A stretch of 64,000 nucleotides of DNA. It comes from an uncultured Bacteroidaceae bacterium. GTDB taxonomy: Bacteria > Bacteroidota > Bacteroidia > Bacteroidales > JAADGE01. The notes below the pieces were generated by a model, which was not told where the DNA came from, made no database searches, and saw only the letters and a list, made by a program, of their open reading frames with translations. Shown piece by piece: positions 31,688 through 41,635 of the stretch. Position 1 is the first letter of the stretch. Each line of letters begins with the position of its first letter. The stretch spans positions 247 to 64,246 of the forward strand of contig CAYYQW010000013.1 of assembly GCA_964472505.1 (NCBI GenBank), written 5' to 3'. A program made the translations under genes and the position numbers.

Positions 31688-32651
31688 CTTGTCTTAACTT
31701 TAAGTCGGCCAGGACGATTGCCGTTACGGCTTCAATAATTACCGGTACGCGCAAAGCAATGCAGGCATCGTGGCGGCCTTTGATTTGTAATTCTTTAATT
31801 TGATTATCTTTAAAATTGTAAGTTTCCTGTCCGATAAAAATACTGGAGGTTGGCTTTACAGCGGCTCTGAAAACCAATTCGTTTCCGTTGGAAATTCCGC
31901 CGTTAATTCCGGAGCTGTGATTACTTTCGGTTTTACCTTCGGCATCAATGAGCCGGTCATTATGTTCGGATCCGAACATTTTTGCAGCTTCAAAACCACT
32001 TCCAAACTCAATTCCTTTAACGGCCGGAATAGAAAAAACCGCTTGCGAGATGAGCGATTCAATGCTGTGAAAAAACGGTTCGCCCCAGCCTGTCGGTATG
32101 CCCTGTGCTCTGCACTCAATCAGGCCGCCCACTGAATCTCTTGTTTTTAGTGCTTTATCTACGGCAGCACGAATATTCTTGTCGCCTCCTGCTTCAATTA
32201 TTTGAGCCGATATGTTTACTTGTTGAATTATTTTTTTTGCAATAACCCCGGCAGCGACAATACCCACGGTGAGTCTTCCGGAAAAATGTCCGCCCCCGCG
32301 CTCGTCATTATAGCCGGCATATTTTTTATGAGCCGTAAAATCAGCATGGCCGGGACGCGGATGCTCACGAAAATTATAATGCTGTGAACGTGTATTGCTG
32401 TTTTCAAAGCGAATAAGAATCGGTGCTCCTGTAGTATATCCGTTGTAACAGCCGCTCAGAATTTCGGGTTTATCAGATTCTCGTCTGGGAGTTGTGCCTT
32501 TTGCACCGCTTTTGCGCCGATGCAAATCGCTGTCAAAATCACTAAGCCTTAGAGGAATTCCTGCGGGACAACCGTCTATGACCACACCTACGGCTTTTTG
32601 ATGTGATTCACCCCATATTTGCACTCTGAATAAGGTTCCAAAACTGTTCAT
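31674..32651 (-). CDS. aroC: Chorismate synthase
   Basis: Start taken at MNSFGTLFRVQIWGESHQKAVGVVIDGCPAG (32651). Also has the GRHDACIALR motif. Confidence 0.9.
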   Translation of the reverse strand: MNSFGTLFRVQIWGESHQKAVGVVIDGCPAGIPLRLSDFDSDLHRRKSGAKGTTPRRESDKPEILSGCYNGYTTGAPILIRFENSNTRSQHYNFREHPRPGHADFTAHKKYAGYNDERGGGHFSGRLTVGIVAAGVIAKKIIQQVNISAQIIEAGGDKNIRAAVDKALKTRDSVGGLIECRAQGIPTGWGEPFFHSIESLISQAVFSIPAVKGIEFGSGFEAAKMFGSEHNDRLIDAEGKTESNHSSGINGGISNGNELVFRAAVKPTSSIFIGQETYNFKDNQIKELQIKGRHDACIALRVPVIIEAVTAIVLADLKLRQDAKN

Positions 32652-32661
32652 TTTTTCTGAC

Positions 32662-33507
32662 TTAAGCGGGTTGTGTTTCTTTTTCCGCAACTTCAAATTG
32701 CGTTTCCAATTTCTGTCTTAGCTCGGCAATTGTAAGCTTCGTAGCAAAATTATCTTTATAAAACCAAGATATATGCCCGGTTTCTTCCGAAACGGTTACC
32801 ACAAAGCTGTTGCTTTGTTCGGCAGCTGCAGCTGCCGCTCTGTGGCGCAAACCAAAAGAAGGAGGAAAATCGCTTCGATGTGATAAGGGCAAAATACATT
32901 TTGCAGCCACAATTCTGTCGTCGCGAATAACAACTGCGCCGTCATGCATTGGGCTGTTTCTCTTAAAAATGGTTCTAAGCATAAGTGATGTTGTAAGCGC
33001 ATCAACTTCGGCTCCGGATTCTATAATACGCTCCGGCAAAAACCCGTCTTGAATAACGATAAGCGCTCCGGTTTTTTCTTTTGACATTTTAACGCAGGCA
33101 TTAGCAATGGCCCATATTTTAAGCTTCGTTGATTTTTGTTTTTGCTTATCAACAAGACTTTTAATTTTTTCTTCAATACGAGACAGGTATTTGTTGCTCA
33201 CCAAAAGAAAAAACTTTCGGATTTCCTGTTGGAAAACTATAATAATAGCCAAAGCTCCCAAACCCGTTACATGCCCGAGAATACCGCCCAACAGCCTCAT
33301 ATCCAAAGCTTTTACAATAATCCAAACGATATACATGGAAGCCAGTCCGAAGAAAATCTTTATGGCAGCCGTATTTCTTATCAGCAAATACACATTATAA
33401 AATAAAAATGCCGTAAGAAAAATATCGAGTATGTCCCAAATCGTGAGTTGTATAAATTCCACTTGTCTATTCCTTGTTATATTGTGATAATTGAATATGT
33501 AAATCAA
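32662..33507 (-). CDS. cdaA: Diadenylate cyclase (c-di-AMP synthase), membrane-anchored CdaA type
   Basis: Three N-terminal TM helices plus DAC motifs (TGALIVI, HDGAVVI, GLRHRAA, VSEETG). An in-frame GTG at 33462 would avoid the 41-nt overlap with folP. Confidence 0.9.
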   Translation of the reverse strand: MIYIFNYHNITRNRQVEFIQLTIWDILDIFLTAFLFYNVYLLIRNTAAIKIFFGLASMYIVWIIVKALDMRLLGGILGHVTGLGALAIIIVFQQEIRKFFLLVSNKYLSRIEEKIKSLVDKQKQKSTKLKIWAIANACVKMSKEKTGALIVIQDGFLPERIIESGAEVDALTTSLMLRTIFKRNSPMHDGAVVIRDDRIVAAKCILPLSHRSDFPPSFGLRHRAAAAAAEQSNSFVVTVSEETGHISWFYKDNFATKLTIAELRQKLETQFEVAEKETQPA

Positions 33508-34315
33508 TGGCCTGCTTTGCTTCTTTTACATCATGAACACGCAGAATATCAGCATGCTTATCCAAAGCGGTTTTGTGCAACACATTTGTAGCTGAGAGTG
33601 AATCTTTGGAGCTAATATTCAACAGTTTATAGATCATTGATTTACGCGAAAGTCCTACCATTATAGGTGTTTCCAATACGTCAAACCGCTCTAAATTGGC
33701 CAACAATTCATAATTATGCCTAAGGGTTTTTCCAAAACCAAAACCTGGGTCTATGATGATATCTTGTATGCCTTTTGCTCTGAATTGTTGCAGTTTTTGA
33801 GAAAAATAATAAATTAATTCTTTTACAATATTGTCATAATGCGGATTTACTTGCATATTTTCAGGTTTTCCCTGTTTATGCATCATAATGTAGGGCAAGT
33901 TGTTTTCTGCTGCCAAATCGGGCAATCGAGAATCTTCTTCACCGGCGCTTATATCATTTATTATGTCAATATCAAAGTTTTCTAAAGCCGATTTTGCCGT
34001 TTCATATCTGAATGTATCTATTGAAATAACCACATCAGGGTAGAGTTTTCGAATAAACTCAAGTGCCGAAAGCAAGCGTTTACTTTCTTCTTTTTCCGAA
34101 GGCATTTGAGCTCCCGGTCGGCTTGATGCAGCTCCCACGTCTATAATATCCGCTCCGGCTTCAATAATCCTGCGACATTGAGCTTTCACGGCATCTTCCG
34201 TAGTATAACGTCCGCCGTCGTAAAATGAATCGGGTGTTACGTTTAAAATGCCGGCTATAAGCGGCCTTTCCAATTCTATCAGCCGCCCTCTGCAATAAAT
34301 ATAAGATTGTTTCAT
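33467..34315 (-). CDS. folP: Dihydropteroate synthase
   Basis: 282 aa with GILNVTPDSFYDGG and DVGAASSRPG motifs. Confidence 0.93.
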   Translation of the reverse strand: MKQSYIYCRGRLIELERPLIAGILNVTPDSFYDGGRYTTEDAVKAQCRRIIEAGADIIDVGAASSRPGAQMPSEKEESKRLLSALEFIRKLYPDVVISIDTFRYETAKSALENFDIDIINDISAGEEDSRLPDLAAENNLPYIMMHKQGKPENMQVNPHYDNIVKELIYYFSQKLQQFRAKGIQDIIIDPGFGFGKTLRHNYELLANLERFDVLETPIMVGLSRKSMIYKLLNISSKDSLSATNVLHKTALDKHADILRVHDVKEAKQAIDLHIQLSQYNKE

Positions 34316-34347
34316 ACAAAAGATTTCCGGTGCAAAAATAGAAACTC

Positions 34348-37300
34348 TTAGTTGCCAATCAAAACAAATGGTGACCAGAAAAACGGATGTGCATGTTTTT
34401 CACGGCTGTTAATAAGTTTCAACTTTGCGTTGTGTAAAGCATCGGCATAATTATTACCGGATAAAATGCTGTCGTAAAAATATTGCATAAGCAAAGCGGT
34501 AGATTCATCTTCAACCATCCAGAGAGAAACGATAATGTTTTTTGCACCGGCATAAATAAATGAACGCGTAAGTCCGATTATGCCCTCGCTTTTCGAAATT
34601 TTACCCAAACCCGTTTCACAGGCCGACAAGACTACTAAGTCGGAATTCATCGCATAATTATAAATTTCACCGGCATACAGAATGTTTTCGGAGCTGTTTT
34701 CGGACGGGTAAAATAATAAACCTGAAAGCTCGGGATGCTGTGTATTTACAAGGCCGTGAGTAGCAATATGTATGATGTTGTAATCGGACAATTGCAAGTT
34801 ACGAAAATATTGTTTTGTAACTTCATTGCCGGTAAGCTTATCATACCGGCCGAGCGAGTCTGCTATTTTATGGTATATGCTGTCAATTTCTTTTTGGGTT
34901 CCCGGTAATTCGCTAAGCGAAAAACCCTCCATTTTTTGAGTTTGCAAATTCGAGAAAACAGGTGCCAAACCTAACCAGCCGGAAATATTCCCGGCTTCAT
35001 AAGGATTTTCCATTGCTTGAGCAAAAAGTGAAGCTGAATAAAAATAACTGATCCTATAATCTTTAATCAAAAAAGGATAATCCGAAAATCGCAATAATTC
35101 TCCCGTGAAATCTTTGGTAATGAGAGCTTCAAAAGGGATAATTCCGAGGATATGATCGGGAACTATTATTAATTGTTCTGTTGTTTCGGGAATGTCGCCC
35201 GGAAATAATACGGCAAACAATTCGCGGCCGAGTGCCAAGTATTTCGGAAAATCGGATTTTAATCCGGAAGTCAGATATTTTCTGAAACTAATAATCTGTT
35301 CCTCAAAATTCACGGGTACATCCGCTGAACTTATTTTAATGTTATCTTTAGTTAGGGTAAAAATAATCAGCTGGCTTCCGCTGAAGAAATAACTTCTGAA
35401 GGCTTGATTATCAGCCAAATATTGTTGTATTAATGCAGGCTTTATGCCTTCCTGAGCATGCGCCGTCTGATAATAATTCGGATAATTTTTTTCGATATAA
35501 TTACTTAAATGAATTGCGCCTTGATTAAATTTAAACAAGTCATCTTGAAGTTGTTTTTCTTTTTGCTTATCGTTTGTTTGCAGCAGTTTAGTTTTGATAC
35601 CCGAGATTTGATTATCCAAGAACCTTTCCTGTTGAATTAAAGAATCCGGTATTCCGGAAAAGTGCTTAGCTTCAGAAGCATAAACAGCATCCGATAATAA
35701 AGCGGCTTTATTTTTTTCGGAAAAATAAAAAGCTTTTTCATAATACACTTTCTTTTTATCCGCTTGTTTTTGCAAATTACCCATATTTGCTGCGGCCAAA
35801 ACAGCCGCCTCATAAATATCACGATTACGATTACCCGATCGCAATTTATCGCTTTCGCCTCGTATGCTTTTCCGATTGGCGGCAATAAGAGAATCAGACA
35901 AAAGATATGTTTCATAAGCATGCCGGGCATAAGCGTATGTGCTGTCTTGCATATATACGGCCGTAAGCACACGAGCTTTACCGGATAATGCATAAAGCAA
36001 ATAATTTAGGTCAGCATATTCTTTGGGCTTCGGATTGGAAAAAAAATCGGCCGAATCCGGACTGAATTCCGGCACGTTTACCTGTAAAGCCTTTTGGTAG
36101 AACAACAGCGATGAATCGTTTTTTGCCAAGCGATGATAAGTTTCGCCCATATTAATATAAGTCAAAGCAAGTGCCGGCAATATATAATTATCGGAACGGC
36201 CGTACAACACTTCTGCTTTTCGGTAATATTCAAGCGCTTTGTCATAATCGCCTTTACGTCTGTAAACATTGGCCGTATTATGAAAGTAGCTTCCCAATTC
36301 CGGATGCTCGTTGCCATAGTTAGTGCGTATGACCTTAATAGCCTCTTGGTAATACGATATTGCCGATTCATATTTTTCATCGGCAAACAAAACCGAAGCA
36401 AAATTGCCGGCTGTCATGGCAATAGAAGGATGTGTGTTGCCCAAAACACGCTTTTGAATTTCATAAGCCGATCGGAAAGCTCTTACCGCCTTTGCGTAAT
36501 CATTAAGCGATTTATATGCCAAGCCGATGTTATTATACTCATCCGCCACTGAGCGGTGATTTTCTCCCCAAAATGATTGTTTGATTTCCAAAGCCTTTTC
36601 CATAAACTGTAAAGCGGTATTATACTGCCCCATGGTATAATATACGCTGCCTTTTCCTGAATACAGCAGAGCGGTATTCGGACTTTGGCTCTGTCCGGTT
36701 TTAGCGGCCTGTTCCAGGCCTTTGTCAAGATATGCTAAGGCTTCCTTAAAATTCCCCAGGCTGCGCGCTGTGATACTCAGGTTATTGTATGCCGCACTTA
36801 ATTCCGGCGCTTGAGCACCGGCTATTTCCAAGCGTAATTTCAAATCTTGCAAATAATACGCATGTGCTTTTTTGTATTCACCCAAGTTTGAATATATATT
36901 GCCAAAAGAAGCAGACAGTTTAGCTGCAAAAAACGGATCATTTACGGGGAATTTTTTTGCCAGTTGTTCCGATTTTTGAAAATAATCCAAAGCCTCTTGC
37001 ATATTTCCGCTGCCGAATTCTTGACGCCCTTTGGCAAAGTACAGCAAAACCTGATAACGATTTTCATCTCCAAAAAATTCCACGGCATCTGATTCTGCAA
37101 TATTCAAAACTTTTTCTGCCTGTTGATATTTATTTTGAGCTATCAAAACAAGTGATTCGGATATTTTGCATTGTAAATAATTCCCCTGATAATCCGCTTG
37201 TTTAAACAAGTCTGCTGCCTGTGAGAATTTTATCTGTGCATTCTTAAAATCATAAGTTGACTGTAATCGTCCGGCATCGCGAAACAATTCAACGGCCTTA

Positions 37301-37371
37301 TCGTAATTATCGGTTTGCCCGTAAATAAAAGGCGAAACAAATAAAAAAAGTATCAAAAATATTCTGTGCAT
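34348..37371 (-). CDS. Secreted TPR-repeat protein with a C-terminal CHAT (caspase-like) protease domain
   Basis: 1007 aa with a signal peptide and about 10 TPR-like units (repeated A..Y...L-type motifs). The CHAT His/Cys dyad context is IIHIATHG and LVVLSACETG. Confidence 0.85.
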   Translation of the reverse strand: MHRIFLILFLFVSPFIYGQTDNYDKAVELFRDAGRLQSTYDFKNAQIKFSQAADLFKQADYQGNYLQCKISESLVLIAQNKYQQAEKVLNIAESDAVEFFGDENRYQVLLYFAKGRQEFGSGNMQEALDYFQKSEQLAKKFPVNDPFFAAKLSASFGNIYSNLGEYKKAHAYYLQDLKLRLEIAGAQAPELSAAYNNLSITARSLGNFKEALAYLDKGLEQAAKTGQSQSPNTALLYSGKGSVYYTMGQYNTALQFMEKALEIKQSFWGENHRSVADEYNNIGLAYKSLNDYAKAVRAFRSAYEIQKRVLGNTHPSIAMTAGNFASVLFADEKYESAISYYQEAIKVIRTNYGNEHPELGSYFHNTANVYRRKGDYDKALEYYRKAEVLYGRSDNYILPALALTYINMGETYHRLAKNDSSLLFYQKALQVNVPEFSPDSADFFSNPKPKEYADLNYLLYALSGKARVLTAVYMQDSTYAYARHAYETYLLSDSLIAANRKSIRGESDKLRSGNRNRDIYEAAVLAAANMGNLQKQADKKKVYYEKAFYFSEKNKAALLSDAVYASEAKHFSGIPDSLIQQERFLDNQISGIKTKLLQTNDKQKEKQLQDDLFKFNQGAIHLSNYIEKNYPNYYQTAHAQEGIKPALIQQYLADNQAFRSYFFSGSQLIIFTLTKDNIKISSADVPVNFEEQIISFRKYLTSGLKSDFPKYLALGRELFAVLFPGDIPETTEQLIIVPDHILGIIPFEALITKDFTGELLRFSDYPFLIKDYRISYFYSASLFAQAMENPYEAGNISGWLGLAPVFSNLQTQKMEGFSLSELPGTQKEIDSIYHKIADSLGRYDKLTGNEVTKQYFRNLQLSDYNIIHIATHGLVNTQHPELSGLLFYPSENSSENILYAGEIYNYAMNSDLVVLSACETGLGKISKSEGIIGLTRSFIYAGAKNIIVSLWMVEDESTALLMQYFYDSILSGNNYADALHNAKLKLINSREKHAHPFFWSPFVLIGN

Positions 37372-37472
37372 GGTTCAATTTTTTTGTATAAATTTGGAAA
37401 GCTTTTATATAATAAACTTGCCAAAAATTGGTTTTTTGTATCAGGTAAAGTTAAAAATTTTATTTCAAAAAG

Positions 37473-39803
37473 ATGAAAACATCCGATACTCAAATCATAT
37501 TTCTTAAAATCACCATTTTTGTATTAATCCTTAGCGGGGGACTCTCCTACTCCGCCAAGGGGCAGAGCGTAGGCTTGGTCCTCAGCGGAGGCGGTGCCAA
37601 AGGTATGGCGCATATTGGAGTTATTCGTGCTTTGGAAGAGAACGGAATTCCCATTGACTATATTTCGGGTTCGTCCATTGGAGCAATGGTAGGAGGTTTA
37701 TATGCTTCCGGCTATACCACCGATGAGATTGAAATGATATTTGCATCGGAGCGTTTTAAACAGTGGCGAGCCGGTGCGGTTGATCCCGAATACTATTATT
37801 CATATATGCGTGAAGAATCGGCTGAAATGCTGTCTGTAAAATTCAAAGCCGACTCATTGGAAACAAAAGCTTATTTGCCGGCCAGTGTGGTTTCTCCGCA
37901 CCAGATGGATTTTGCTTTCATGCAAATACTTTCGGCACCTGCTGCTGCTGCTAATTATGATTTTGACAGTTTGTATATTCCGTTTCGCTGCATGGCTACC
38001 GATATTTATGAACGAAAATCCATTGCTTTCAGCAAAGGCCACTTGCCCTCGGCAGTAAGGGCTTCCATGACATTTCCTCTTTATTTCAAACCCATAGAAA
38101 TAGACGGCAAATTGATGTTTGACGGCGGCATTTACGATAATTTTCCCAAAAAAGTAATGAAAGAAGATTTTAATCCGGATATAATTATTGGTGTTAAAGT
38201 AGCCTCAAACTACGGCATGCCCGATAAAGATGATGTAATAAGCCAAATAGAAAGCATGATAGCCGGCCACAGCGACTATTCTTTATGTGAAGAAGAAGGC
38301 ATACTTATTGATATACAATTAGATAATGTAAAACTGATGGATTTTAGTTCCACAAAAGCCATTGAAGAAAAAGGCTATAAAGCAGCAACAGACATCATGG
38401 ACTCAATCAGCTCCCGAGTAGAACGTCGCGTAAGTCCATACGAGCGAAACAGAGCCCGATTAAACTTTAGAAAAAAATATCCGAAATTAATTTTTGATAC
38501 CATTATAGTAGAAGGCCTCAAACCGAAACAAAAAGAATATATCGCAAACCTTATAGGCATAAAGGGTGAAGCTATCGGTATTGATGAGCTTAAAGAACAA
38601 TACAACAAAGCAGTAGCTTCAGAGCATATTGAAAACATGTATCCGATAGCCGAAAAAAAAACAAATGATTCTTTTTTTAGCTTACGACTGCCGGTAGAAA
38701 CAGCCAAAAAATTCAAAGCCGGCATAGGCGGTAATTTTAGTTTAACAGATATGAACCAAGCATATTTAGGCGGAAGTTACCGCTTTTTTGGACGACGAGC
38801 CTACCGTGTTAATGCCAATCTGTATTTCGGAAGTTTATATAATTCCGCACAGCTAACCGGGCGTGTATATTTCCCGGTACGAAGCCAAATATTCACGGAT
38901 TATATTCTAAATTTTTCACGCAAGAATTTTTCTAACGGAAAAGCCAATAATTTTTTTGAAGATCAAAAATCACCCTACATTATCAAAAATCAACTATTTA
39001 CCGGCTTATCAACCGGCCTTCCGCTTACCAACAACGGCTATGCGTTTGCGGGAGCTAATTTGGCTAAAGATATGAACCGCTATTATCAGCGAACCGGCTT
39101 TCGCTCGGATGACAGCACCGATAAATCAGAAATAAATTATTGGCTCGGTTTTCTCGGCTACAGATATAATTCACTTAATTATAAGAACTTTGCCCATATA
39201 GGGAAACTATTGGAAATACGTGCTTCGTATATAAACGGTAAAGAAAAACATACACCCGGCAGCACCGGACTTATTGAGGAAATTCAACATCTTAGTTTTG
39301 ATTATTTTGCATTTAAGGCAGACTACAAGGGTTACTTCCCCATTAGTAAAAGCATAACACTCGGATTGGATGCTTCCGTAGTATTGTCGGATAAAGAGCC
39401 GCTCTCAAATTATACCTCAACCGTGGCTGATGCTCCGGCATATAATCCGTTTCCTTATGCACGCTCTTTATTTAATGTTAAGTATCGCGCTCATAATTAT
39501 GCCGCTTTAGGCATAAAAAGCATTTTACATTTCACCGATGATTTGTCTTTCAGGTTGGAAGGACAGATATTTCAGCCTTACCGAAAGCTGTCGGCAAAAA
39601 TTACCGGTGAAGTTATCTCTGCTGTTTACGAAAAACCCTTCCAATATCATTATTTTTCGGGGCGTGCGGCCATTGTGTATCAAACCATGGTGGGTCCTGT
39701 GTATCTCAGTTATAATTATTTTCAGAATTACTCACATGATTTTTATCTTTCTCTGGGTTTAGGTTTTCATGTTTTCAATGATAATGCTAAAATGCTTCGC
39801 TAA
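37473..39803 (+). CDS. Patatin-like phospholipase fused to an Omp85/surface-antigen-type beta-barrel (PlpD-like)
   Basis: 776 aa with SGGGAKG, GSSIGA and FDGG patatin motifs. It has a long beta-strand-rich C-terminal half ending in an aromatic-rich barrel-like segment. Confidence 0.8.
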   Translation: MKTSDTQIIFLKITIFVLILSGGLSYSAKGQSVGLVLSGGGAKGMAHIGVIRALEENGIPIDYISGSSIGAMVGGLYASGYTTDEIEMIFASERFKQWRAGAVDPEYYYSYMREESAEMLSVKFKADSLETKAYLPASVVSPHQMDFAFMQILSAPAAAANYDFDSLYIPFRCMATDIYERKSIAFSKGHLPSAVRASMTFPLYFKPIEIDGKLMFDGGIYDNFPKKVMKEDFNPDIIIGVKVASNYGMPDKDDVISQIESMIAGHSDYSLCEEEGILIDIQLDNVKLMDFSSTKAIEEKGYKAATDIMDSISSRVERRVSPYERNRARLNFRKKYPKLIFDTIIVEGLKPKQKEYIANLIGIKGEAIGIDELKEQYNKAVASEHIENMYPIAEKKTNDSFFSLRLPVETAKKFKAGIGGNFSLTDMNQAYLGGSYRFFGRRAYRVNANLYFGSLYNSAQLTGRVYFPVRSQIFTDYILNFSRKNFSNGKANNFFEDQKSPYIIKNQLFTGLSTGLPLTNNGYAFAGANLAKDMNRYYQRTGFRSDDSTDKSEINYWLGFLGYRYNSLNYKNFAHIGKLLEIRASYINGKEKHTPGSTGLIEEIQHLSFDYFAFKADYKGYFPISKSITLGLDASVVLSDKEPLSNYTSTVADAPAYNPFPYARSLFNVKYRAHNYAALGIKSILHFTDDLSFRLEGQIFQPYRKLSAKITGEVISAVYEKPFQYHYFSGRAAIVYQTMVGPVYLSYNYFQNYSHDFYLSLGLGFHVFNDNAKMLR

Positions 39804-39925
39804 CCGGCAAGGAAGTTTTTGCTGCTTCTAAAAAAAATGCTTTTATTTGTGCGTTTTTACGAGTCAAAGATTCGTATATATACATATATTATTTAAACTT
39901 TTCATTCCAATAAACAAACAAAAGG

Positions 39926-40765
39926 ATGAACGAAAATAAAAAAAAATTAGAGCCGATTGATTTTAAAAAAATTATTCGAAGCCAAGAAAATAAAACGGTA
40001 AGAAACCTTCCGAATTTCGTTATTAATATTGTAAAACGAATACTTAAAGAAAAGCAGCTCAATAAATTCATTGAAGCCAACGGAGACAAATTCAATGTTG
40101 ATTTTATTAAAGGCTCACAAGAATATTTTAATGTAGATGTAGAGCAATACGGCTTAGAACAGTTGGATCCCAACAGGCGTTACATTTTTGCCTGTAACCA
40201 CCCCATCGGAGGCTTAGATTTTTCATCGGCTATATACGTGCTAAGCGATAAGTTCCCAAAAATTAAAGTCATTGCCAATAAGATACTAACCGGTTTGGCC
40301 AATATTCGCGAAATGTTATTGCCCGTTGGAGTTTTTGAGAAAACCGACAAAGAAGACAAAGAAAGACTTGAGAGAATAATGTCAGATGATGAACATCAGA
40401 TATTAACTTTTCCGGCCGGGCGCGTAGCCAGAAAAATCGACGGCAAAATACAGGATTTGCCCTGGCATCGCAGTTTTATTCGGCAAGCTATACAGTATGA
40501 GCGAGAAGTAGTTCCGGTGTATATTGATTCGTTTAATTCGAAATTCTTTTACAATATCGGCCGCCTGCGTACATTTTTAGGAATTAAAGCAAATATTGAA
40601 CTGTTTTTCATAATCGGTGAACAATTCAAGAAATACAATGAAACCATTCCCATATATTTTGGTAAACCCATTCATTACTCAACATTTACCGATGACAAAA
40701 CGCATCTTGAGTGGGCACAGGAAGTACGCCGAATCACTTGCAATTTAAGCAAAAAGAAAGTATGA
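39926..40765 (+). CDS. PlsC-superfamily acyltransferase (variant motif NHPIGGLD); possibly an aminolipid/lysolipid O-acyltransferase
   Basis: 279 aa with an acyltransferase block FACNHPIGGLD and a FPAGRV block. Its stop overlaps the next start (ATGA at 40762-40765). Confidence 0.65.
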   Translation: MNENKKKLEPIDFKKIIRSQENKTVRNLPNFVINIVKRILKEKQLNKFIEANGDKFNVDFIKGSQEYFNVDVEQYGLEQLDPNRRYIFACNHPIGGLDFSSAIYVLSDKFPKIKVIANKILTGLANIREMLLPVGVFEKTDKEDKERLERIMSDDEHQILTFPAGRVARKIDGKIQDLPWHRSFIRQAIQYEREVVPVYIDSFNSKFFYNIGRLRTFLGIKANIELFFIIGEQFKKYNETIPIYFGKPIHYSTFTDDKTHLEWAQEVRRITCNLSKKKV

Positions 40766-41475
40766 TAAAAGTTTGGGCATTTATTCGTGCATTATATATC
40801 TGGTTAGTAGGCGGCGGTATCTTTCTTGTGGCGACTCTTATCGGGATTATACTTTTTAATATTATCCCGGCTAAAAAATTACATTATCCCTACAGCCGTT
40901 TTTTGCGCTTGATATTTATTTTCTCATTCATACGAGTTGAGCGCAGGCGTAAAGGGAAATACGATAAAAATAAAAGTTACATTTTCATGGCCAATCATAC
41001 CAGTTTGGTGGATGTTCCGCTTATGGGTGCTTACCTGCCGGTATTTGCTAATGCGCTTGAGGCACATTCGCACTTCAAATGGCCTCTTTATCGCCATTTA
41101 ATCAAAGCTTACGGGCAGATACCCATTGATCGCTCCAGTGCTCAAAAGTCTGTGCGCAGCTTTGAATTAGCCTCTCAAAAAGTAAACAGCGGTACTTCAA
41201 TCATCGTTTTTCCGGAAGGCCACCGAACGCGCGACGGCAAATTACGTACTTTCAAAAAACTGCCTTTCACTATGGCCAAACAAACACATGCCGATATTAT
41301 TCCCATAGGCATAAAAGGTATGTGGAAAGTCTGCGGAGGCGAAAGCTTTTTTCTGTACCCCGGCAAATTATACATGAATTTTGGAGAGGCAATTCCTCAC
41401 CAAAAAATACAGGAAATGACAGAAAATGAAATTTCCGATTTGATCCGCCAAGAAATAATTGAACTCAGTAAATAG
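40762..41475 (+). CDS. plsC: 1-acyl-sn-glycerol-3-phosphate acyltransferase family protein
   Basis: Start taken at MIKVWAF (40762). It has an N-terminal TM, the HX4D motif NHTSLVD, and the FPEGHRT block. Confidence 0.8.
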   Translation: MIKVWAFIRALYIWLVGGGIFLVATLIGIILFNIIPAKKLHYPYSRFLRLIFIFSFIRVERRRKGKYDKNKSYIFMANHTSLVDVPLMGAYLPVFANALEAHSHFKWPLYRHLIKAYGQIPIDRSSAQKSVRSFELASQKVNSGTSIIVFPEGHRTRDGKLRTFKKLPFTMAKQTHADIIPIGIKGMWKVCGGESFFLYPGKLYMNFGEAIPHQKIQEMTENEISDLIRQEIIELSK

Positions 41476-41635
41476 CCTGATAAACAGTCGCTTCAAGCAG
41501 TTATGATTTGTATCATAGCTTTTCACAAAAATAAATCCGATATTTGCATCTGAATAAAACAATTTCGAAAGAAAATAACGGATAAACATTTTCCAATTCT
41601 CGATAAAATATAGCAGCACAAAGCATTTAAGCCCA

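Noticed and set aside
32662-39803. A cyclic-dinucleotide synthase (cdaA), a caspase-like CHAT protease and a patatin phospholipase within 7 kb, which superficially resembles a CBASS or type III CRISPR-like defence module.
   Set aside because: cdaA is the membrane-anchored housekeeping c-di-AMP synthase in its usual folP-linked position. The CHAT protein has a signal peptide, and the patatin is fused to an outer-membrane barrel, so both are envelope proteins. No sensor, cyclase or effector architecture of known defence systems is present.
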